Below, in pieces: positions 9,895-17,973 of a stretch of DNA of 64,000 nt (positions are counted from its first letter, which is position 1; every line of letters begins with the position of its first letter). Made by a program: the position numbers and the translations under genes. Origin of the DNA: Schizochytrium sp. TIO01 (lineage: Eukaryota > Protista > Bigyra: Labyrinthulomycetes); assembly GCA_004764695.1 (NCBI GenBank), contig SMSO01000032.1, forward strand, positions 7,968,483 through 8,032,482, in the 5' to 3' direction. A model generated the notes under the pieces. That model was not told where the DNA came from, ran no database searches, and saw nothing but the letters and a program-made list of their open reading frames with translations.

Positions 9895-12800
9895 ATGTTG
9901 CGTAAGTTTTCCCCTCTGAGAAGACGCGACACGGGTGTCGAAGAGGAAGAAAACGAAAATGACGCGCGCAAAGCTTCTACGACCGAGCAGGCAACACCAG
10001 AGAAAGGAATTGAGGAAGAACCTCGATCCTGGGGACGTAGCTTTTTCCGTTTAAGAAATTCAACAACAGAGAGGTCAATATTTTCCAAAGCATCAGCTCG
10101 AACAGACACAACCTCAGCAAATGAGTACGAAGCCAAAATTGAAATCTTACAAGCCGAAGGACTCCGCATTGCAGATAAGAAGCGGCAATCCTCAGATCCA
10201 TTTGTTGAAATCTCACTTGGAGGCAAGAAACGTCGTACGACGACTAAATATCGGACTTTAGAACCTCGATGGAATGAGGATTTTATGTTTGGAACTTCGG
10301 CCAAAAGGCGCTTGCACGGAGATGAATGCGTCATTTTTAACCTGCTAGATAAGGACCCTGTATTCAATGATGAGCTTGGTGCTTGCTACCTGGATCTCAC
10401 TGATGTTCTTGTTTCGCCTGGGCAGACCCTCAGTACATGGCTGACATTACGCCCATATGAAATCATTCGGGCAGAGTGTGCTACCGCATCTCCAAAGAAA
10501 CGATCTGGTTCTACGTCTTCAAAGCAGCGTACTAGTTCTCAAGCAAAGGACAAAATCCCAGGGAGGCTAGAGGTCAGAGTTACTCTTTTTGATATAGATA
10601 ATAGTGTGAGCAAGCACAAAGATATCACAGATAACAATGATGGCAAGACGGTTCAAGCTGGACGTAATATTGCGCATGAAGACAAGGAAGCTAAAAATAG
10701 TGAAGATGAGGATGAAGAGGATGAAGCTGGAAACGAAGATACCGACGAAGACAGCGATCACCTAAAGGAAGATATTGATGATGATGATGATGATGATGAG
10801 ACAAACACGACATCAAATGATCTAAAAACCCGTACACAATCTGGACAAGAGTCCGCTGCAACAGCAGCCAGCAGCTCTTCTCGCGGGCGCTCCATGTCTA
10901 AAACTTCAACAAACTCACAAAAATTACACATAGATACTCAGGCGGAGGAAACTCCTCTAAATGGATGTCTACGTGTATCTATCAAACGTGCCAAAGGTCT
11001 TAAAGCGGCCGATGGAAATAAATCATCTGATCCTTATTGTACAGTTCGCTTTGGCCGCAAAGAGTTCAGTACCAAGAAGCTTACTAAAACTCTTGACCCT
11101 GAGTGGAACGAGACGTTCGAGTTTACTGTGAGCAACAACTCGAAACGTAAGCCACTCGTTTTCAAGGTATATGATAACGATTTTCTTCGCGATGACTACT
11201 TAGGTAAATTGTCTTTCTCATTTGAGAATGCTCTTTCTATGGGTTCAATCGCTCGAGACCAAGGAAAAGCCCTCCCGGAATGGCATGAACTAGATGATGG
11301 AAAGGGTGAACTAGAAATCATTGTGGAACATGTCAAAGAACTTGACAATGTCGCTGTAGAGGAAGAGGCGAATGCACGCGATACCTATAAGGGGAAAGGC
11401 ATTTTGGGAGGACTACGGGCGCTTTCTCCGCGAAATCTCACGCGGAGACTCCTAGAACCCCCGTCTACTAAGTCTGTCGCAACTGCTGATGTAACTTCGG
11501 AAGCTGGAGAGGCAGTGACAAGTATTCAAAGCCAACATTCAGAAATGGGACTGGACCCAGTTCCCTCTGAACTCCAGCTCAAGGTTGTTTGTGCCAAGGG
11601 TCTCCGCAGCGCAGATCGCAATGGTTCAAGTGACCCATTCTGCATCGTTCGCATCAACAGAGAACGCTTCAAAACTCGCAAGCTCTCGCGTACCCTTGAG
11701 CCTGAGTGGAATGAAACATTTAATTTCAAGCGCAGCAAACATTGGACATGGGATACAATGCTATCCTTTGTTGTGTCGGATGCTGATTTTTTGGGCACCT
11801 CGGATTTTTTGGGAGAGACCGAGGTGTCACTGTATGAGTTATACCAGGCGCAAGGCTCATCAATGTGGCTCGAGCTCACTGAACGTGGTGGCAAACCCGC
11901 AAAAAACAGTCGTGAGCTTGGTAGTATTCAGATAAGCGCAGCATTCCCTAAAACAGATGATTTACCTGAGTCAAGATCTAATGACAAAGCGTCTCGTGAA
12001 TCGTCCCAGCAAGCGTCGCGTTCTACATATCAGCAACACGTTTCCGATGCGAGTTCTCAATTTGATCATGTTATTCTTGAAATTCAGAAGCAATTGAAAG
12101 CCGACAATACGACTTATTCTAAGCTATCGACTTCTTTTCAGTTGTATGATCACGACAACTCAGGATACATTGAGCGTGACGAACTGCATGAGCTCTTTGA
12201 TTCATTTAACCTAACTGTAAACCTTGAGCCGGAGCAAGTAGATGTACTTTTGGGTGTTTTAGACGAAAATAAGGACGGCAAAGTTGATATTAAGGAAATC
12301 AACGCGCTCCTGCGCGACCTCAACACTCAAGCAGCGTCGGTCATAAATAATGAGGACTCTGAAATTCCCCATTCAGTCGATGAAGTTCTTCTACGTCTCA
12401 TTACTTCAACGATAGAGCGGCGGCAGCGCATAGATGGAAATGTTCCACCCGATGAGCTTGTTGAAGAATTTGTGCATGAGCTTCAAAAACAGTTCGAGGC
12501 TCTTGATGATCGAGGACAAGGTTATGTTTCTGGAAAATTGAAGTTTAATTATGTTCTTCGAAAAGCGAAGGGGTCGTCTATCGAAAAGGATTCAGATTTT
12601 GCCTGTATTGTGAAAGCGTTTGGATCTGCTCCTCAAAGCGGTTCTTCCAAAGAATCTATCGACTACCATGCCTTCTGCGAAGCCATTTTAGAATTACATC
12701 TTAAGCCAAACTCCCAATTAGCTCCATGGAAAGAATTGACAACAAGAAGTAAAGAAGAGAATTTGTCTGGGGCGGTGTCTGGGAAGGGCCTTCCACACTC

Positions 12801-15800
12801 GCTTGAAGAACGAAGAAATTCTAAAATTTCTGTACAAATTATGAGGGCTGAGATTTTCCCTACTTCTCATCGACCTTCCACTGGACAGGCCAAGCCCTTT
12901 GTTGTTGTAACAGTTGGTTCCGAAGCTCGAACCACAGAGGTTGCGAAAAGAAATCTACATCCTGTATGGGAAGAGACGTTTCTTTTTCCAGGTCCTTCTA
13001 GTAAGAACTCATCTCTTGCAAATCTTGATCCTGATGATACAATCTTACTTCAGATAAAGGAGAAAAGCTTGTTGCTGTCTGAAACTCTAGCAGAGCTCCA
13101 AATTCCGATTCGAGATGTCAGCTGGAATAATGATGTTTCTGCCTGGTATGAGTTTAAAATTCCAAAGAGCAAAAGCAAGCAGATTTCCTCTGCAAAGGTA
13201 AAACTGTTGGTATCTATTGAAGGTCTGCAACACGATCTGGGGCAAAACAGTTTGGGAAGTGAAAGTATTGGCCAACAATCCCCACCACTATCCAGAGTTG
13301 ATGATTATAAAGAAGGTATGGAGTTCTCTTCGTTAGCAAGTGACGGCCTCTCCGAGCCGCTAGAAAGTCCGCGTAGTGGTTATGGAAGTGATAATAGCAT
13401 TACGAGTGACCATGCTCGATGGCACGACCGACAGTTGAGGGAAATTCGTCAATTAGTTGCCCGTGGAATGCGTGATAGTTCTCGGAAAACAAGTATTCGA
13501 GCAGAGCTAGAACGTCTTGACGTACGTCATAAAGGCTATTTGTCGTCCCGTCGACTTATTGCAGGTCTTGCAGCATTTGGAATCCATATGAATCCATCAC
13601 AACTTGCAGTGATCTTGCCAAGGATTGATCCTGAAGGAAGGGACCGTGTTAATTACGGTCTCTTTTGTAAAATTGTTCGCGCGGATGGTGCATCAAGTTC
13701 CCAACGAGAGTCAAGTGCATCTGTTGAGGGCACACGTGCGCGCTTGAAACAAGTTATTGTGCGGGCGCATTCACGCAAGACCAATTTTCCAGGGCTCTTC
13801 TTGGCATTCGACTCAGGGCATAGCGGGCTCATCTCCCAAACTGATTGTTCTAGCGCCCTGAAAGCACTTGAGGGTAATTTTGACCCAAGCGAGTTGCTGA
13901 TGTTAGCTCAACGCCTACCAGATACTGAACAAAATGGTTACATTGTCTACGAAAAACTCTTTGCCGCTGTATGCCCAGCGATTGATATTCATGAACTATT
14001 TTTAGACGCCAAAAGCACGACAGTAGTTAATAAAGCTGGTCAAGGGACTTTGTCTACAAGTATCCAATCAAGTCTTGCAAAATTAAAGCGAATATCTCGA
14101 CTATTAGCAGAGAGTCAGTCTCAGTTTGATTTTGCTCGCACGCTGGAACGTCTAGATTCTTCTGGTGACGGGAAAATTTCACGTCGCGATTTTCGCAATT
14201 TTCTAGCATCCGAACTTGTACTGCCTAGTAATGTAGGATTGGGAGAAAGTATGAGCGAGGCTGATATTCATGTTCTTGTTCAATATTTTGACCCTCGTAG
14301 CCTTGGCACAATCGATTACATGGAAGTGTATCGCTCTTGCGCTATGACAAAAGATGAGCTTGACACAGTTATGGAACGTTTTCGTGAAGCATTAAAGCTT
14401 CAGCATCGTAGACGAGAGCAGAATGGATCCCCGTCATTATTAGTGGAATTTAGTCGTCTGGATTTAGATGGGTCTGGACGAATTTCGCGGAGAGAGTTTC
14501 GAACGGTCCTTGAGGCATTTAGCTCCGATTTGGCTATGAAGCTGTCATCAGAAGAACTTCGTTATTTGATGGACAAATTTGACCAAAATTGTACAGGGTC
14601 GGTTGCGTATCATGACTTTGTAGATTATGTTCACGATGGTGCACATGCGATGCACATGCTGGCGAACAAAGACTCTCGCGGCGAAGTTGACTTGTATCAG
14701 GTTGATAGGTTAATGCGCAGCGAACTTGGGCCTCCCAAGTATTTAGCTTCTAACAAACTGACCCAGTTGTTCACTCCTCGGGGTCTAATCGATGAGTCCT
14801 TGAGTGCTGCTGACGGTACAGTCCAAAGAGGACATTCTGATGAAGTGGATCTTTGGCATCCCCATACCATTAGCGAGTGGCTCGACCGACATGCAACAGC
14901 TGCTGAACGACGAGATTTTGACGAGATCTACCGTTCTATCTCAAGGTTTGAGAATCGCTCCGTGGGCTCGAGCATCGGAATTCATTCTTCTGACATCCCC
15001 TCGGCATCTCCTCGAAGAGAAATGAGCCGAAGTCCTGTACGGGGTAGCATTTATGCTGCAGGCGCGTTGCATGAAACGCCTAGATCGCCTTCGCCAATGG
15101 ACCGCTCGTCTAGTCGTGTGGGATGGAAGTGCCCCTCATGTAAGCATGTTAACAGTGGTCTTCAAAGCCTAAATACCTGTTCTCGATGTGGGGCAATTCG
15201 CACCTCCTCTTCAAAGGTTGTCATTCTGTACTCAGATAGTGAGGATGAGGGTGATTATGAAGATGAAGATGAGGGTGACGATGACGATCGTAGTGAATCT
15301 GACTCTGACTCAGAAGACTCTTATGTCTCGAAATCTCGACACCGGAGTCGATCACGGTCTTCATCTCGTAAGTTGCAGAAAAAAGGAAAGCACGTACGGA
15401 CTCGTGAGAGTGTCCAGCGTGGACGCAGTCCACGACGCCGTGTGTCATCTGTAAATAAGAAAAGCAGTAGATCATGCTCACGCAAGTCCAAACGACGCTC
15501 GATGAAATCAGTTGAACCAAGTGATGACGACTCCCCAAGTAATTCTGGCGGTGATTCTTCTAGCGAGAGCGAGGGCGATAATTGGGGTACTTCGTTAGGT
15601 ATGCCTCGCACATTTGATGCTGGCTTCTGGCAAGCGGCGAACCAGCGGAGACTAGAAAATCTTGCCAAAGAGGATCGTGAAAGGAAGAAGCTTGAAAGGC
15701 GGGAGCTTAAACATCGTCGTAAGGAGGAAAAACGTATTGAAAAGAAAGCTGTAAAAAAGGCGAAACAAGATACTAAAAAAAATGAGAGGAGACGATCTCA

Positions 15801-15876
15801 TTCCAGGAAAAGGAGATCATCTTCACGTCGAAGGAAATATCGTAGCCGAAGTAAGCACAGCTCCGGGCGACGCTGA
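9895..15876 (+). CDS. Large multi-C2 / multi-EF-hand protein with RanBP2-type zinc finger and RS/K-rich tail, 1993 aa
   Basis: Three C2 domains with Ca-ligand Asp motifs (SSDPFV..DKD; AADGNKSSDPYC..YDNDFLRDDYLG; SADRNGSSDPFC..SDADFLGTSDFLG) plus a degenerate fourth. About 11 EF-hand-like loops (DHDNSGYIERDE, DENKDGKVDIKE, DSSGDGKISRRD, DLDGSGRISRRE and others). Zinc finger WKCPSCKHVN...CSRCG. Confidence 0.9.
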   Translation: MLRKFSPLRRRDTGVEEEENENDARKASTTEQATPEKGIEEEPRSWGRSFFRLRNSTTERSIFSKASARTDTTSANEYEAKIEILQAEGLRIADKKRQSSDPFVEISLGGKKRRTTTKYRTLEPRWNEDFMFGTSAKRRLHGDECVIFNLLDKDPVFNDELGACYLDLTDVLVSPGQTLSTWLTLRPYEIIRAECATASPKKRSGSTSSKQRTSSQAKDKIPGRLEVRVTLFDIDNSVSKHKDITDNNDGKTVQAGRNIAHEDKEAKNSEDEDEEDEAGNEDTDEDSDHLKEDIDDDDDDDETNTTSNDLKTRTQSGQESAATAASSSSRGRSMSKTSTNSQKLHIDTQAEETPLNGCLRVSIKRAKGLKAADGNKSSDPYCTVRFGRKEFSTKKLTKTLDPEWNETFEFTVSNNSKRKPLVFKVYDNDFLRDDYLGKLSFSFENALSMGSIARDQGKALPEWHELDDGKGELEIIVEHVKELDNVAVEEEANARDTYKGKGILGGLRALSPRNLTRRLLEPPSTKSVATADVTSEAGEAVTSIQSQHSEMGLDPVPSELQLKVVCAKGLRSADRNGSSDPFCIVRINRERFKTRKLSRTLEPEWNETFNFKRSKHWTWDTMLSFVVSDADFLGTSDFLGETEVSLYELYQAQGSSMWLELTERGGKPAKNSRELGSIQISAAFPKTDDLPESRSNDKASRESSQQASRSTYQQHVSDASSQFDHVILEIQKQLKADNTTYSKLSTSFQLYDHDNSGYIERDELHELFDSFNLTVNLEPEQVDVLLGVLDENKDGKVDIKEINALLRDLNTQAASVINNEDSEIPHSVDEVLLRLITSTIERRQRIDGNVPPDELVEEFVHELQKQFEALDDRGQGYVSGKLKFNYVLRKAKGSSIEKDSDFACIVKAFGSAPQSGSSKESIDYHAFCEAILELHLKPNSQLAPWKELTTRSKEENLSGAVSGKGLPHSLEERRNSKISVQIMRAEIFPTSHRPSTGQAKPFVVVTVGSEARTTEVAKRNLHPVWEETFLFPGPSSKNSSLANLDPDDTILLQIKEKSLLLSETLAELQIPIRDVSWNNDVSAWYEFKIPKSKSKQISSAKVKLLVSIEGLQHDLGQNSLGSESIGQQSPPLSRVDDYKEGMEFSSLASDGLSEPLESPRSGYGSDNSITSDHARWHDRQLREIRQLVARGMRDSSRKTSIRAELERLDVRHKGYLSSRRLIAGLAAFGIHMNPSQLAVILPRIDPEGRDRVNYGLFCKIVRADGASSSQRESSASVEGTRARLKQVIVRAHSRKTNFPGLFLAFDSGHSGLISQTDCSSALKALEGNFDPSELLMLAQRLPDTEQNGYIVYEKLFAAVCPAIDIHELFLDAKSTTVVNKAGQGTLSTSIQSSLAKLKRISRLLAESQSQFDFARTLERLDSSGDGKISRRDFRNFLASELVLPSNVGLGESMSEADIHVLVQYFDPRSLGTIDYMEVYRSCAMTKDELDTVMERFREALKLQHRRREQNGSPSLLVEFSRLDLDGSGRISRREFRTVLEAFSSDLAMKLSSEELRYLMDKFDQNCTGSVAYHDFVDYVHDGAHAMHMLANKDSRGEVDLYQVDRLMRSELGPPKYLASNKLTQLFTPRGLIDESLSAADGTVQRGHSDEVDLWHPHTISEWLDRHATAAERRDFDEIYRSISRFENRSVGSSIGIHSSDIPSASPRREMSRSPVRGSIYAAGALHETPRSPSPMDRSSSRVGWKCPSCKHVNSGLQSLNTCSRCGAIRTSSSKVVILYSDSEDEGDYEDEDEGDDDDRSESDSDSEDSYVSKSRHRSRSRSSSRKLQKKGKHVRTRESVQRGRSPRRRVSSVNKKSSRSCSRKSKRRSMKSVEPSDDDSPSNSGGDSSSESEGDNWGTSLGMPRTFDAGFWQAANQRRLENLAKEDRERKKLERRELKHRRKEEKRIEKKAVKKAKQDTKKNERRRSHSRKRRSSSRRRKYRSRSKHSSGRR

Positions 15877-16321
15877 ACATTAGAAAATTAAATTATGTTG
15901 AGAATGTGAAGTTAGATACTTCATCAAGAACCTCAGTAGGTTTGATTCTTCCAACTTTGATTTGATTCTTTAAAGAATAAGAAAATGGCGAAACGCTTGT
16001 TGTATGTAAATACATGTTGTTAAGATTTTAGTCGTTTGATCACTATGTATAGCTGGGTGGCAAAGTTCGCAGAGAGGTTATTGGGTATAGTGTTTTATTA
16101 TAAAGAATAGCAAATTACTCGCAAGGTTATTTCAAGAGATTTGATTAGACAATATCGTGTTGCAGCGAGAGGCAATGTGAAGTATATAGAATTATGAATT
16201 TATGTTATCTAATTTGGATGGCCTGCAGCAGATATTCCATGAGCTATTGAATTGTTACGAAAGCGACGCCGCGGCTGCAGTGTACAAGATTCATCGCTTG
16301 CAGCTCAAATACGTAAGTTTC

Positions 16322-16942
16322 TCACTGGATCTGGACCTTGTGTACAACAGGCTTGGCTTTAGGCACGTTAATCACAAGAACACCGTTGTCAAACGTAGCA
16401 TCAATATTCTCGAAGTCAACCTCGGATTCAAATTGAAGGCGTCGAACACCGCACGGTACAACACGCTCGCGAACAAGGTACTTGAGAGCATGCCGCTTTT
16501 CCTGTTTCTGTTCCTTGATTTCACTCTGTTGCTTTTTGCATGCAGCTTCCTGTGTCTTGGTCTCGTTCTCCGTGGATGAGGTAGATTCTTCAGCTGAGAC
16601 ACTACTGGATGTCTCCTTCTTTGACTCTTCGTTGCTGTCAGAAGTGGATGCTAGCACTCCTTCAGACTTTGCTTTTGCAGAGCTGACAAAACGGCGAGGG
16701 TTATGATCTTCAGAGAGTCCAACAGCAATGCTGAGGACTCCTTTTTCGAAACTAAGGTCTACATTCTGCTTGGCTACACCAGGGAGGTCTGCTACAACAG
16801 AGTAGTTGTGTTCTTCCTCTTGAACATCCAGAGCAAACCCAGCAGTAGGCTTGCACTGCTTCTGGCAAGCACGATTGCTGTTCAAGTCCATTTCCTCAAG
16901 CATGGCGAGAGCTGAGAGAGGGTTGCTGTTCAGGTAGATCAT
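16322..16942 (-). CDS. Small heat shock protein (Hsp20/alpha-crystallin family)
   Basis: LDVQEEEHNYSVVADLPGVAKQNVDLSFEKGVLSI ... VRER...RRLQF..EVDFENIDATFDNGVLVINVPK, with a C-terminal V-x-I motif. Confidence 0.93.
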   Translation of the reverse strand: MIYLNSNPLSALAMLEEMDLNSNRACQKQCKPTAGFALDVQEEEHNYSVVADLPGVAKQNVDLSFEKGVLSIAVGLSEDHNPRRFVSSAKAKSEGVLASTSDSNEESKKETSSSVSAEESTSSTENETKTQEAACKKQQSEIKEQKQEKRHALKYLVRERVVPCGVRRLQFESEVDFENIDATFDNGVLVINVPKAKPVVHKVQIQ

Positions 16943-17250
16943 CTTAATCTTTGGCTGTTAACTTGCTGGGTTCTAAGTTCTTGATTCTAGGCTGCTTAAG
17001 AGTCGCTTTGGTTTTCTTGCTTTAGAGGCTTCGAGTTTCGGGTTTGCTGTTGCAATCTGTGTAGCATCATCATCTCGAGGACTCTCTCCCATTGTGCTAC
17101 TTTGCACACGCAGTTTTGCTCTTTGGGTTCGTCTCGGCACGTGACAGGTGTTTCCACGAGATTTCGCGATTTTCCCAACTCAGCGATCAATCGCGATCTG
17201 AACCGTACAGAGAACCTAGTGAGGTTCTGAAAAGAAGAATGTGAAGGAGA

Positions 17251-17517
17251 GAACTTTTCGCGAAGACGTTAGTGTGCCATGCTGGTCAACTCTCCCGCAC
17301 TGTTGATTTCGCTGATGCCATCTGATTCTAGAAATTCTTCTTCAACGCATAGTCTCATTCTTACGCTTTCATGACTAGCATCCTCCTACTACCTCGATAG
17401 AGAAAAGTATAGGACTAGATATGCCAGATTCACTAACAGTTTATATATAAACTTCTATCATAAGGTCCTTCTCGACCTTCCACCTCGTCTCAGGTACACA
17501 CTACTCGCATTCTCGAA
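17251..17517. promoter_or_regulatory. Possible heat-shock-element half arrays upstream of Hsp20
   Basis: TTCnnGAA dyads at 17257-17264, 17326-17333 and 17510-17517. None is a perfect 3-unit HSE. Confidence 0.35.
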
Positions 17518-17973
17518 TCTCTGTATATCCAGCAAGGGAAGCTATGTTAATATTGACAAAAGTAAGCAATAGCAGATATTTAAAGGATTTTATTACAAGG
17601 CCCAGTTATAGAAAAAAAGCTTCATGCAAATAGTAGGTTTGAGAAGTAAATCATCTTGAGTTTGTTCTCCTACATACAAACCACTCTTGCAACGCAACTC
17701 AAAGATAATCACTAATTTCCCTTTGGGTTAGTAAAGACTCGAGTCAAAAAATCACTGATCGCAAAAGTAGTTCGGGAGTTTTGTAAAGTCAGGCTCTAAT
17801 TGCTGACTGTCATGTATGTATACATAGGAGAATTTGGTATAGGTAAAGATCTGATGTTACAGTATTAATATAATCCTAAGATTCGGAGAAAGTCAGATTG
17901 ACGCGGATCGAGGTTGATTCCGCAACTGATTAAAAAATGTACCATGATATTCTTACATGTAGAAGTGTAACGG

